This document shows, piece after piece, positions 51,684 to 61,773 of a stretch of 64,000 nucleotides of DNA; the first letter of the stretch is position 1; each line of letters begins with the position of its first letter. The DNA lies in assembly GCA_963768055.1 (NCBI GenBank), contig CAVYGN010000001.1, positions 256,001-320,000 on the forward strand, read 5' to 3'. The notes under the pieces are model-generated. The model was not told the DNA's origin, did no database searches, and worked only from the letters and a program-made list of their open reading frames with translations. Origin of the DNA: an uncultured Spirochaetota bacterium. GTDB lineage: Bacteria > Spirochaetota > Brevinematia > Brevinematales > JAOACQ01. A program made the translations under genes and the position numbers.

Positions 51684-52658
51684 ATGAATGTCGCTATAAT
51701 CGGCTGCGGACTGATCGGGGAAAAGAGGGCGAGATCGCTCTGCGGCCATAAATTGGTGATCGTATCCGATAAAGACGGGAAAAGAGCCGATATTGTCAGC
51801 CGGATAAATAATCAGAACGCTATTGTCGCCAGGCATTGGGAAGAAGCGGCCGCTCATCCGGAGGTTGATATTGTCATTGTTTCAACAACGAACGATTCTT
51901 TAACGAGGATCGGATCATACGCCCTGGGCCATGATAAGCATGTTTTGATAGAAAAACCCGGGGCAAGGAATTCCGCAGAAATAGAACCCTTTTATAGGCA
52001 AAGCCTCAGTGTAAAAAAGAGGGTAAAAGTAGGTTTCAATTTACGGTATCATCCGGCGCTTTCAAAGGCTAAAAACATAATCGATTCGGGGGGGATCGGC
52101 GGATTGATGTTTATTCGAGGGCGGTACGGCCATGGCGGCAGGGCCGGGTATGATAAAGAATGGAGGGCAAACCCGGAAATTTCCGGGGGTGGAGAACTGA
52201 TCGACCAGGGCATTCACCTGATCGATTTATCCCGCTGGTTTATGGGGGATTTTGATATTATCGAAGGTTTCGCGTCTACATTTTTCTGGGATATGAAAGC
52301 GGACGATAACGGTTTTATTTCTTTAAGGAATGGGTCGGGCAGGGCTTCTTGGCTGCAGGTAAGCTGTACGGAATGGAAAAATATGTTTTGTCTTGAAATT
52401 TATGGGAAATATGGAAAACTCCAGATCGACGGACTTGGAGGAAGCTACGGGATTGAAACGCTCAAATTTTATAAAATGCTTCCGGAAATGGGGCCGCCTG
52501 AAACGACTATATGGGAATATCCGCAGGAAGACAGGTCCTGGGCGCTGGAGTTAAATGATTTTGTCGAAGCGATAGAAAAAAAAAGGGCTGTAAACGGCGA
52601 TTTAAACGATGCGTACCAGGCTCTGAAAATTGTCGATAAAATCTATGGGAGAATTTAA
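51684..52658 (+). CDS. Gfo/Idh/MocA oxidoreductase
   Basis: IIGCGLIG, HVLIEKP, GFNLRY, GGGELIDQGIH. Confidence 0.9.
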   Translation: MNVAIIGCGLIGEKRARSLCGHKLVIVSDKDGKRADIVSRINNQNAIVARHWEEAAAHPEVDIVIVSTTNDSLTRIGSYALGHDKHVLIEKPGARNSAEIEPFYRQSLSVKKRVKVGFNLRYHPALSKAKNIIDSGGIGGLMFIRGRYGHGGRAGYDKEWRANPEISGGGELIDQGIHLIDLSRWFMGDFDIIEGFASTFFWDMKADDNGFISLRNGSGRASWLQVSCTEWKNMFCLEIYGKYGKLQIDGLGGSYGIETLKFYKMLPEMGPPETTIWEYPQEDRSWALELNDFVEAIEKKRAVNGDLNDAYQALKIVDKIYGRI

Positions 52659-53642
52659 ATGATAATTACCAGAAGTCCGCTGAGAATAACATTAGGAGGC
52701 GGAGGAACAGATCTCGCTTCTTATTATAATGAATTCGGCGGGTTTGTGATCGCTGCCGCGATCGATAAGTATATTTATATAACCCTGCATAAAACTTTTC
52801 AGCCCGGATATATAATAAAATACTCCCTGATGGAAAAAGTCATGGAAATTTCGGATATACAACATCCGATAATCAGGGAATCGCTGAAATTATTAGACTT
52901 GAAAGATAATTATATAGAACTTACAAGTATGGCGGATATTCCTTCCGGTACAGGCCTTGGCTCATCGAGCAGTTTCACGAGCGCTCTATTGAAAGCCCTT
53001 CATGTCTATAAAAGGGATTTTATTCATCCGAAAGAACTTGCCGAAGAGGCCTGCGATATTGAAATTAATAAACTCGGAGAACCGATAGGAAAGCAGGACC
53101 AGTACATTTCAACGTACGGAGGTTTAACCTGCTTCGACTTTAACCGGGATGGAAGTGTAGGGTCATATCCTTTAAGGATCGATAAAGAGACATTATATGA
53201 CCTGGAGGATAATCTGCTGCTGTTTTTTACAGGTTTTTCCAGAAGCGCTTCTTCGATATTAAAGGAACAAAACGATAAAAGTATTGAAAAAAATATCGAT
53301 ATGATAGAAAACCTTCATTTTGTAAAAGACCTGGGATTAAAAAGCAAGGAGGCTTTAGAAAAGGGCGATTTAACTAACTTCGGAGAATTGATGAATATTC
53401 ATTGGGAACATAAGAAAAAAAGATCGGGTTCTATTTCGAACCCGAAGATAAATGAATGGTACGACCTTGCCTTAAAGAACGGGGCTGCAGGAGGCAAACT
53501 TATCGGCGCCGGCGGAGGAGGTTTTCTGATGTTTTATGCCAAAGATAAGATCAAGTTAAGACATGCATTAATGAACGAAGGCCTTGAAGAAATCCGCTTC
53601 AGATTCGATTACGAGGGAACAAAGGTTGTTACGGAATCATGA
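52659..53642 (+). CDS. hddA: D-glycero-alpha-D-manno-heptose 7-phosphate kinase (GHMP)
   Basis: PLRITLGGGGTD, PSGTGLGSSS, GKQDQY, GKLIGAGGGGF. Confidence 0.85.
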   Translation: MIITRSPLRITLGGGGTDLASYYNEFGGFVIAAAIDKYIYITLHKTFQPGYIIKYSLMEKVMEISDIQHPIIRESLKLLDLKDNYIELTSMADIPSGTGLGSSSSFTSALLKALHVYKRDFIHPKELAEEACDIEINKLGEPIGKQDQYISTYGGLTCFDFNRDGSVGSYPLRIDKETLYDLEDNLLLFFTGFSRSASSILKEQNDKSIEKNIDMIENLHFVKDLGLKSKEALEKGDLTNFGELMNIHWEHKKKRSGSISNPKINEWYDLALKNGAAGGKLIGAGGGGFLMFYAKDKIKLRHALMNEGLEEIRFRFDYEGTKVVTES

Positions 53643-54361
53643 TAAATGATATCGCCGTTTTAGCAGGCGGCCTTGCGACCCGCCTTTATCCTGTAACACA
53701 AAAGATGCCTAAATCGATGATAGATATTAACGGGAAGCCTTTTGTGCATCATCAGCTGGAATTATTAAAGAAAAACGGTCTGGAGCATGTAGTATTGTGC
53801 ATCGGATATATGGGCGGGATGATACAGGATTACGTTAAGGACGGGAGGCGATTCGGTTTAAAGGTCACATATTCTTTTGACGGGGATAACCTCCTTGGAA
53901 CAGGCGGGGCGATAAAAAAAGCCCTTCCGGAACTGCACGAAGTCTTTTTTGTGATGTACGGAGATTCTTATTTACCGGCAGGCTTTCTACCCGTATCGGA
54001 TTATTTTTTGAGGCATAATAAAAAAGCGCTGATGACGATTATAAAAAACGATAATAAATGGGACAAAAGCAACGTTGTTTTCAATAACGGGGCAATTACC
54101 GGGTATAATAAGAAGGTTACGGTACCTGAAATGAAATATATTGATTACGGACTGGGCATTTTCAGGAGAGCATGTTTTGACGGGATTAAAGAAAATGAAA
54201 TTGCGGACCTTGCAGATGTTTATAAGGGCCTGGCGTCTGAAAACGAACTTATAGGATACGAGGTTGAAGAAAGGTTTTACGAAATAGGATCGTTTAAGGG
54301 CATAGAAGAAACAAAAAAGCATTTAAGCAGCTTAAACACCGAGCTTGAAATTAAAGCATGA
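53639..54361 (+). CDS. Heptose-1-phosphate nucleotidyltransferase (HddC-like)
   Basis: LAGGLATRL.P, PKSM, LLGTGGA, YGDSY, EIG. Confidence 0.8.
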   Translation: MINDIAVLAGGLATRLYPVTQKMPKSMIDINGKPFVHHQLELLKKNGLEHVVLCIGYMGGMIQDYVKDGRRFGLKVTYSFDGDNLLGTGGAIKKALPELHEVFFVMYGDSYLPAGFLPVSDYFLRHNKKALMTIIKNDNKWDKSNVVFNNGAITGYNKKVTVPEMKYIDYGLGIFRRACFDGIKENEIADLADVYKGLASENELIGYEVEERFYEIGSFKGIEETKKHLSSLNTELEIKA

Positions 54362-54383
54362 ATTTAAAATTACGGAGACCGGA

Positions 54384-54989
54384 ATGGATATTAAAGCATA
54401 CATTGAAACATTCTTGATGAATGTAATTAAAATCGCTGAAAAAATCGATAAAAGCTCCATAGAAAAGGCGGTTAATGTTCTTCTTGAAATAAAAAAGAAA
54501 CAGGGAAGGCTTTTTATACTCGGGGTGGGGGGGAGCGCCGGAAACGCCGGCCATGCCGTTAATGATTTCAGAAAACTGGCCGGCCTGGAATCTTATGCTC
54601 CGACCGATAATGTTTCCGAACTGACCGCGCGTATAAACGACGACGGCTGGGATACTGTTTTTGTAAATTGGCTGAAGGGAAGCCGGCTCAATTCTAACGA
54701 CGGAATTCTTGTTATTTCAGTGGGCGGCGGGAGCGAGGAAAAAAATATAAGCGTAAATATAGTTAAAGCCTTGAAATATGCCAAAGAGGCCGGTTCAAAG
54801 GTGATAGGACTTGTAGGCAGGGACGGCGGTTTTACGGCTAAGGCGGCGGATGCGTCTGTTTTAATCCCGGTTGCGGATGAGTGCATGGTTACGCCTTTGA
54901 CGGAGTCGTATCATGCCGTCGTATGGCACATGCTGGTTTCCCACCCCGCATTAAAGGACAATGACGCGAAATGGGAGTCGACAAAGTAA
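54384..54989 (+). CDS. gmhA: Phosphoheptose isomerase (SIS domain, GmhA-like)
   Basis: GVGGSAGNAGH, TARINDDG, SVGG.S..NI..AL, G.DGG, TES.H; start after GGAG. Confidence 0.75.
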   Translation: MDIKAYIETFLMNVIKIAEKIDKSSIEKAVNVLLEIKKKQGRLFILGVGGSAGNAGHAVNDFRKLAGLESYAPTDNVSELTARINDDGWDTVFVNWLKGSRLNSNDGILVISVGGGSEEKNISVNIVKALKYAKEAGSKVIGLVGRDGGFTAKAADASVLIPVADECMVTPLTESYHAVVWHMLVSHPALKDNDAKWESTK

Positions 54990-55568
54990 ATGATTAAAGC
55001 TATTTTTCTTGACAGGGACGGGGTAATAAACAAGCCGGTATTGAACCTTTCTAACGGCGAATTTGAGCCGCCGCACAGGGTAAAGGATTTAAATTTGTAT
55101 CCATGGGCCCTGGAAAGTTTAAAATTAGCCCTTGAAAACGGTTTTTCTCTTTTTTTGGTCTCCAACCAGCCGGATTATGCGAAAGGAAAATGCAGCCTTG
55201 AAGATTTGACGGAAGTCCATAACAGGCTGGATGAAATACTTAAGCAAAACGGAATAAACTTTAAGGAATATTACTATTGCTACCACCATCCTGCAGGAAT
55301 AACGGCAGGATATAAGGGGCAATGCGGCTGCAGGAAACCCGAGCCCTATTTTTTGAAAAAGGCCGAAAAGTCATATGGAATCGATATGAGTTTATCCTGG
55401 ATGATAGGCGACAGGGAAACGGATATTATCTGCGGAAAAAATGCGGGCGTGCGCACGATCCTCGTCAGTAGCGAAGAACAGACTCTTTCTTCCGGCAGCG
55501 TCAGCGATTTTACCGCGGATAATCTCCTGGATGCGGTAAGGCTGATTATCGATAAAAAGAAATTATAG
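54990..55568 (+). CDS. gmhB: Heptose bisphosphate phosphatase (HAD IIIA)
   Basis: FLDRDGVIN, VSNQ, CYHHP...CGCRKP, MIGDRETD. Confidence 0.88.
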   Translation: MIKAIFLDRDGVINKPVLNLSNGEFEPPHRVKDLNLYPWALESLKLALENGFSLFLVSNQPDYAKGKCSLEDLTEVHNRLDEILKQNGINFKEYYYCYHHPAGITAGYKGQCGCRKPEPYFLKKAEKSYGIDMSLSWMIGDRETDIICGKNAGVRTILVSSEEQTLSSGSVSDFTADNLLDAVRLIIDKKKL

Positions 55569-55578
55569 GAATGAGATT

Positions 55579-56286
55579 ATGTTAAATTTAAAGATTAAAA
55601 TCTTCTCGGACGGAGCGAAGATCGACGATATGCTGAAAGCCTATAAAGAAGGGTCGGTAAGCGGCTTTACAACAAACCCGACGCTTATGAAGCAGGCCGG
55701 GGTCTTTGATTACGAGGCTTTCGCCAGGGAAGCGTTATCTGAGATAAAAGACCTGCCGATTTCCTTCGAGGTTTTCTCCGACGACTTCGAATCCATGGAA
55801 ATGGAGGCGAAAAAGATCGCCGGCTGGGGAAAAAATGTTTACGTCAAGATACCTATAACCAATACGAAGGGCGAATCCTCGATACAGTTGATTAAAAAGT
55901 TGAATGACGAGGGGTTATCTTTAAATATTACGGCAGTTATGCCTATAGAACAGGTTGAAGCCGTTGCAAAAGCGGTAAATCCCGGGGTTAAGAATATTGT
56001 TTCAATATTTGCCGGTAGAATAGCCGATACGGGCCGCGATCCGGTGCTTATCATGAAGAAGGCGGTTGAAATATGCAGAAAAAACCCTAACCTGGAAGTG
56101 TTATGGGCCAGCCCCAGGGAGCTTTTAAACATATTCCAGGCGGAAGAAGCAGGCTGCCATATTATCACGGTATTGCCGGATGTTTTGAAAAAGCTCGCGC
56201 TTGTCGGCAAGGATCTTAATGAATATTCGCTCGATACAGTGAAAATGTTTTATAACGACGCGAAGAGCGCAGGGTATAAGATTTAA
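55579..56286 (+). CDS. tal: Transaldolase (short type)
   Basis: GFTTNPTL, ISFEV, VYVKIP, NITA, SIFAGR, LWAS.RE. Confidence 0.88.
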   Translation: MLNLKIKIFSDGAKIDDMLKAYKEGSVSGFTTNPTLMKQAGVFDYEAFAREALSEIKDLPISFEVFSDDFESMEMEAKKIAGWGKNVYVKIPITNTKGESSIQLIKKLNDEGLSLNITAVMPIEQVEAVAKAVNPGVKNIVSIFAGRIADTGRDPVLIMKKAVEICRKNPNLEVLWASPRELLNIFQAEEAGCHIITVLPDVLKKLALVGKDLNEYSLDTVKMFYNDAKSAGYKI

Positions 56287-56336
56287 ACTCAATCATCATA
56301 CTAATCTTTGTACGAAGACAATTTTTTATCTCGCGT

Positions 56337-56371
56337 ATTCGAAAACTTGAACTGCATCATCTCAAAACGGC
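56337..56371 (+). repeat. Copy of the dispersed repeat also at 22551-22585
   Basis: ATTCGAAAACTTGAACTGCATCATCTCAAAACGGC identical at both sites; flanks weakly similar. Confidence 0.9.
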
Positions 56372-56426
56372 GGCAGCGTTTGATTCAATACTTTTAAACT
56401 TTTATAAGCTATTTAGTAGAAATTAT

Positions 56427-57269
56427 CTATTTTAATAATTCCGAAAGAATTTCTGAATTTATTAATAATTCATTATTCATTATTTCTTCAAAAGAACCGT
56501 TTTTTTTAATTATATTAAGAATTGTATACATTGATTTTAATGATGAAGAAATTAAAATCGAAGGAAGGCTTACCCTTTCAACCCCGTATTCAATACAGTC
56601 GTTTATACTGAATTCAGTAATATTATACGGCATCCCTGCCGCAATACTGATACGTCCCTTGATTTCCTTTTTAAGAAGCCTGATTTCATCTTTCGTTCTT
56701 ATATTAGTAACAAAACAAATATCTGAACCTGATTCCAGATATTTATTTCCCCTGTCAATGGCTATTTTTAGCGCCTCATTCCTGTTTTCAGTGGATTTTA
56801 AAGCGTCAGTCCTCGCATTTAGAATGAAATCAGGAATATTTAATTCTTTTTTAATTTCAATTATTTTATTGATTTTATCGGTCATTGTATTTATAGATAC
56901 AATTTTTTCAATTTTATCAGTGTTCCATAAATTTTGATCCTCAATATTAATTCCGGAAATACCGGTGTTAATAAATTTAATTAAGTTATTTTTGAAAAAC
57001 TCGTTACTTCCATATCCGTCTTCACCGTCCGCCATTACAGGTATATTAACGGCATTTACAATTTCCCGGGTGATTGAAATGTTTTCATCAATTGATATAA
57101 GATCCTCATGCTTATATTTTTTTGAAACCGAGAAACTATAACCGGAACATTGAACCGCTTTAAACCCCGCAAGTTCTATCAGCCTGGCAGAAATACCATT
57201 ATAGGCATCCGGTACTATCAGTGTTTCCTTATTTGATAACAGATTTTTGAGCATTTTGTATTTATTCAT
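56427..57269 (-). CDS. Isocitrate lyase/PEP mutase family protein
   Basis: PDAY..ISARL, GFKA, PVMADGEDGYG, INIEDQ, NARTD; AT-rich. Confidence 0.85.
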   Translation of the reverse strand: MNKYKMLKNLLSNKETLIVPDAYNGISARLIELAGFKAVQCSGYSFSVSKKYKHEDLISIDENISITREIVNAVNIPVMADGEDGYGSNEFFKNNLIKFINTGISGINIEDQNLWNTDKIEKIVSINTMTDKINKIIEIKKELNIPDFILNARTDALKSTENRNEALKIAIDRGNKYLESGSDICFVTNIRTKDEIRLLKKEIKGRISIAAGMPYNITEFSINDCIEYGVERVSLPSILISSSLKSMYTILNIIKKNGSFEEIMNNELLINSEILSELLK

Positions 57270-57526
57270 TATCTGTCTCCCAAAAATATAATTTTATATC
57301 TAAATCGGAATTTCCCATTTAGCATCCTGGAACTCCAAAATTATGGTTCAAAGTCCTTGATTTTTTTATTTTAATTAGCTAATTTTCCATTGTCAATGAT
57401 TTATGATTCATTAAGCCATTGGTATTCATAGTTCTTCTTCAATATCAATAATTTTCTTAAGACCAATAACAGTTACCTCTTCGCTTATTCATTTCACTTT
57501 GAAATCACCGGTTCCGCCGCTTTTAC

Positions 57527-57555
57527 TTGAGAATTTTCATATTTTGCCATATAAT
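57527..57555 (+). promoter_or_regulatory. sigma70 promoter of the glutamate synthase cluster
   Basis: TTGAGA-17bp-TATAAT; AGGAG RBS follows. Confidence 0.7.
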
Positions 57556-57581
57556 ATCGAACCTTTTTTCAGGAGAAAACA

Positions 57582-58409
57582 ATGAATTCCATAGATGCGG
57601 CTAAATTGCATTATAAAGTCCTGAACACGATGATATTCGACTCGATAAACGGCGGCGAAAACCATATCGAGGTCAGGAATGTCATGGGCCACAGGTATAT
57701 CGGGGACGGACTTCGAGGAAACGGCATTAAAATAGACATTTACGGAACGGCCGGAAACGACCTGGCCGCTTTCATGAACGGCCCGGTCATCAATGTGTAC
57801 GGAAACGCCCAGGACGGCATCGGAAATACTATGAATTCAGGCAGGATATTCGTTCATGGGGACGCCGGGGACGTCCTTTTTTACGGCATGAGGGGCGGCG
57901 AGGTATATATCAAGGGCAATGTGGGCTACCGCGTAGGGATACACATGAAGGAGTACATGAATTTCATACCCAAGGTCGTGATCGGCGGCTGCGCCGGCGA
58001 CTTTTTCGGGGAATATATGGCCGGGGGGAATCTTGTCATTCTCGGCCTCAATGCGGGGAAGGCCCCGGTCCTCGGAAATTATGCGGCTACCGGAATGCAT
58101 GGCGGCCGGATTTATATCCGGGGGAAGGTCGATCCCTCCAGGACAGGAAAGGAGACAAAGTCGTTCGATATCGATGAGGAAGATTTGAAAATATTAAAGC
58201 CTCTTATCGGGGAATTTTGCTCCGCTTTCGGGTATGACAGCGGGAAGATCCTGAAAGACAGGTTTACAAAACTCATTCCCGTGAGCAAGAGGCCGTACGG
58301 AAAGCACTATGTGCCAAGCTGGCACACGATCACCGACAGGAAATCGATAGTGCCCGGCTCTTTTGAAGATAACGGTTATCCCGCCGTCAGGAATGTAAGG
58401 GACAGATAA
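57582..58409 (+). CDS. Glutamate synthase GXGXG beta-helix subunit (GltB3-like)
   Basis: Repeated G-rich motifs GNAQDG.GNTM..G, GDFFGEYMAGG, GMHGG.IYIRG. Confidence 0.88.
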   Translation: MNSIDAAKLHYKVLNTMIFDSINGGENHIEVRNVMGHRYIGDGLRGNGIKIDIYGTAGNDLAAFMNGPVINVYGNAQDGIGNTMNSGRIFVHGDAGDVLFYGMRGGEVYIKGNVGYRVGIHMKEYMNFIPKVVIGGCAGDFFGEYMAGGNLVILGLNAGKAPVLGNYAATGMHGGRIYIRGKVDPSRTGKETKSFDIDEEDLKILKPLIGEFCSAFGYDSGKILKDRFTKLIPVSKRPYGKHYVPSWHTITDRKSIVPGSFEDNGYPAVRNVRDR

Positions 58410-58425
58410 ATTTCAGGAGGAAACG

Positions 58426-59904
58426 ATGCTCTATCAGCCTAATGTTTCCAATTATTACGATTTTAAGGTTGTAAGAGATCAGGATAGATGCCTTAAATGC
58501 CAGGGTTGCGTGACTCAATGCTCGTATGATGCGAATTTCTGGGATAAAGACAGGCAGAAAATAGACTCGATACACAGCAAGTGCGTAGGCTGCCACCGCT
58601 GCGAGGCGTACTGCCCGACCGACGCAATTTCTATTCAGCGAAATCCGTCGGAATTCAGGGAAAACGGATACTGGTCGAAAGGGGACATAAAGAACATATA
58701 CCTGAACGCCGAATCGGGGGCTATAGTGGTAACCGGAATGGGCAACGATCTTGCCACCCAGCCCGTGTATTTCGACAGGATACTCTTCGACGCCTGCCAG
58801 GTAACGAATCCTTCCATCGATCCCCTGAGGGAACCGATGGAACTCACAACACATCTTGGCAATAAATCGGGAAAGCTGCTAAGGCTTGAAGTGCCTATTA
58901 TATTCGGGCCCATGTCTTACGGTTCGATCAATTTAAACGTACAGAAAGCGCTTGCAGCGTCCGCCAGGCGACATGGGACGTTATGGAGCACCGGAGAGGG
59001 AGGTCTTCACAGGGACCTTTACGAGTACGGCCCTAACACGATCGTTCAGGTCGCTTCGGGAAGGTTCGGGGTCCATGAAGAATACCTGAAAGCAGGCGCT
59101 TCGATAGAGATAAAGATCGGCCAGGGGGCTAAACCCGGGATAGGCGGCCATCTTCCCGGAGAAAAGGTAGTCGAGGACGTTTCAAAAACAAGGATGATCC
59201 CGCTGGGCAGCGACGCTATATCGCCGGCGCCCCATCATGATATATATTCGATCGAAGACCTGAGGCAGCTTATATACGCTTTAAAGGAAGCGACGCGTTA
59301 TGAAAAACCGGTAGGTGTCAAGGTTTCCGCAGTTCATAATATCGCGGCCATAGCTTCGGGCATCGCCCGTGCAGGGGCCGATATAATCGTAATAGACGGA
59401 TACCGCGGCGGTACGGGGGCGACCCCCCTTATCGTCCGGGACCATACCGGCATTCCTATCGAACTTGCAATCGCGGTTGTCGACGAGAGATTGAGGCAGG
59501 AGGGCATCAGGGAGAACGTGGGCCTTATAGCCGCAGGCGGCATCAGGAGCGCGGCCGATTCGCTGAAAGCAATCGGGCTGGGAGCAGACGCGGTTTACAT
59601 ATCCACCGCGGCTTTGATCGCCGTGGGCTGCACCCTCTGCCAGCAGTGCCATACAGGGCGCTGCGCCTGGGGGATTACCACTAACGATTCATGCCTTTCG
59701 AAAAGGCAGAACCCTGAAATTGCCGCGGAGCTGATCTCAAACCTCTTAAGGGCATGGGAGATCGAAATGAAAGAAGTCCTCGGCAGCATGGGTTTGAACG
59801 CTATAGAAAGCCTCAGGGGCAACAAGGAAAGGCTCCGCGCCGTCGGGATGACCGAAAGCGAAATGCAGGTCCTCGGCGTCAAACAGGCCGGACTGGGAAT
59901 GTAG
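58426..59904 (+). CDS. Archaeal-type glutamate synthase FMN subunit with N-terminal 2x[4Fe-4S] (GltB2-like)
   Basis: Two CxxCxxC motifs, MSYGS, TGEGG, QVASGRFG, KIGQGAKPGIGGHLPGEKV, SPAPHHDIYSIEDL, CxxCxxCH.G.C. Confidence 0.92.
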   Translation: MLYQPNVSNYYDFKVVRDQDRCLKCQGCVTQCSYDANFWDKDRQKIDSIHSKCVGCHRCEAYCPTDAISIQRNPSEFRENGYWSKGDIKNIYLNAESGAIVVTGMGNDLATQPVYFDRILFDACQVTNPSIDPLREPMELTTHLGNKSGKLLRLEVPIIFGPMSYGSINLNVQKALAASARRHGTLWSTGEGGLHRDLYEYGPNTIVQVASGRFGVHEEYLKAGASIEIKIGQGAKPGIGGHLPGEKVVEDVSKTRMIPLGSDAISPAPHHDIYSIEDLRQLIYALKEATRYEKPVGVKVSAVHNIAAIASGIARAGADIIVIDGYRGGTGATPLIVRDHTGIPIELAIAVVDERLRQEGIRENVGLIAAGGIRSAADSLKAIGLGADAVYISTAALIAVGCTLCQQCHTGRCAWGITTNDSCLSKRQNPEIAAELISNLLRAWEIEMKEVLGSMGLNAIESLRGNKERLRAVGMTESEMQVLGVKQAGLGM

Positions 59905-59912
59905 GAGGAACA

Positions 59913-60443
59913 GTGAAAAGAGTTTATCCGATAGAGGACTATTGCGTCGCCTGCCATCTGTGCGAAGTTGCCTGCATAGTCGAACATTCGAAATCAAGGA
60001 ATTTATTTTACGCTTTTTCTGAAAAACCCAAGGTAAATTCTAAAATAGAAGTAGAAATGGAAGGACCGCTCTCGTTTTCAGCTAACTGCAGGATTTGCGA
60101 GCATGCCGAATGCGTCGAGGCATGTCCGGTCGCCGCGATGTGGCGGGACGATTCGACCGGGCTTGTCAGGGTCGAGGACAAACGCTGTATCGGATGCTGG
60201 ATGTGCGTAATGGCCTGCCCTCAGGGTTCCATTACTACCCGCGAGGACCGGGAGGAAAATCTCCGCATTGCCGATAAATGCGACCTCTGCGCCGGGAGGG
60301 ACAGCGGGCCGGCATGCGTAGAAGCCTGCCCGAACGACGCACTCGTTTTCGAGGACAGGGATGAGATGGCGAAGGACAGGCGGACTCTCAAGGGGTCCAT
60401 GCATGCCTTTATCGAAGGCGACGATATGGCGATCCAGGAATAA
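59913..60443 (+). CDS. 4Fe-4S multicluster electron-transfer protein (CooF/HydN-like)
   Basis: GTG start after AGGAGG; four Cys clusters (CVACHLCEVAC, CRICEHAECVEACP, CIGCWMCVMACP, KCDLC...PACVEACP). Confidence 0.88.
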   Translation: MKRVYPIEDYCVACHLCEVACIVEHSKSRNLFYAFSEKPKVNSKIEVEMEGPLSFSANCRICEHAECVEACPVAAMWRDDSTGLVRVEDKRCIGCWMCVMACPQGSITTREDREENLRIADKCDLCAGRDSGPACVEACPNDALVFEDRDEMAKDRRTLKGSMHAFIEGDDMAIQE

Positions 60444-60458
60444 CGGAGGAGTGCGGCA

Positions 60459-61751
60459 ATGAAAACGAAGTATCTCAGCATAGGCTATTCCGCCGGCGCC
60501 ATAGGCATGATCGAAGCGATAAGGCAATACGATAAAAAATCAAAAATTCTCGCCCTCACGAAAGAGAATTTCACGGCCTATGGAAGGCCCGCAATCGTCG
60601 ATTACGCTATGGGAAAGATCGGCGATGACGGCATAGCATATAAAGGTAAAGATTACTCTGAATACAGGGGGGTCGAAGCGATGCTCGGCAGGGAGGCCCT
60701 TAAGATAAATCCCGGCCTTCATACCGTCGAAATTTCCGGGGGAAAGACCGTAGAATATGAAAAACTGCTTTTGAATATGGGCGGAAAGCCTATAAGCCCG
60801 CCGATCCCCGGAAAGAACCTGCCCGGAGTCATGTATTTTTTCAGTATTGACGACGCCAGGAAAATGAGGAAAATGGTCATCGAAGAAAGGGCAAAAAGGG
60901 CGGTAGTTATCGGCGGAGGCCTGATCGGCCTGAAAGCCACCGAAGCCCTTTCCCATTTAGGAGTAAAGGTATCTATAGTCGAGCTTGCGCCGGTTATACT
61001 TTCAAGGGGACTCGACCCCGTGGGCTCGGACCTGATGACAAAAAAGCTCTGTGAATTCGGGGTCGATATTTACACTAAAGACGAGGTTGTCGAGATAACC
61101 GGGGATAAAAAAGTCAGGAAAGTAAGACTTAAAAGCGGCCTGACTATAGATACCGACCTGGTCTTTATATCTATAGGAGTAACTCCCGATACCCTCCTGG
61201 CCGAGAATTGCGGAGTCAAGGCCTCGAAGGGGATCGAAGTCGACAGGAAAATGAAAACCAATATAGAGGACATATATTCTGCGGGGGATGCCGCAAAGGG
61301 TTATAATTTTGTGTCGAAGGAGAACATGGTAATAGCGATCTGGCCGGTCGCCAGAAAAATGGGCTATTTCGCGGGCTTGAATATGATGGGGATCGATTGC
61401 GAATATGACGGTTCGATACCGATGAATTCCCTTTATTTCGACGATCTTTATACGATCTCTTTCGGCGAAACAAACCCCCCTTCGGGCTCTTCGTCCTATG
61501 AAATCCTGGAGAGATTTTACGATAAAAAGACTTACAGGAAAATTTTCATAAAGGACGGCCTTATCGCCGGGGCGGTATTCGTCGGCGATATTTCAAGGTC
61601 CGGAATCGTTAAGGGCCTTATTTATGAAAAGATCCCGGTTGCTCCATTCAAGGATAAATTGCTTAAAAAAGATTTCTCCTTTATAAACACGCCGAAAAAG
61701 TACAGGGAACTTATATATACCTTTCCATTCAAGGACCTTGAAGCTAAATAA
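60459..61751 (+). CDS. NAD(P)H:FAD oxidoreductase (NirB/rubredoxin reductase-like)
   Basis: VIGGGLIG, T....IYSAGD, C-terminal YRKIF...G.VFVGD. Confidence 0.85.
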   Translation: MKTKYLSIGYSAGAIGMIEAIRQYDKKSKILALTKENFTAYGRPAIVDYAMGKIGDDGIAYKGKDYSEYRGVEAMLGREALKINPGLHTVEISGGKTVEYEKLLLNMGGKPISPPIPGKNLPGVMYFFSIDDARKMRKMVIEERAKRAVVIGGGLIGLKATEALSHLGVKVSIVELAPVILSRGLDPVGSDLMTKKLCEFGVDIYTKDEVVEITGDKKVRKVRLKSGLTIDTDLVFISIGVTPDTLLAENCGVKASKGIEVDRKMKTNIEDIYSAGDAAKGYNFVSKENMVIAIWPVARKMGYFAGLNMMGIDCEYDGSIPMNSLYFDDLYTISFGETNPPSGSSSYEILERFYDKKTYRKIFIKDGLIAGAVFVGDISRSGIVKGLIYEKIPVAPFKDKLLKKDFSFINTPKKYRELIYTFPFKDLEAK

Positions 61752-61773
61752 GGCTTTAGGGCGGAAGCACCCA

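Noticed and set aside
59754..59912. N-terminal 53 aa of ORF 59754..60443
   Set aside because: Overlaps the gltB2-like gene; the real start is the GTG at 59913 after AGGAGG.
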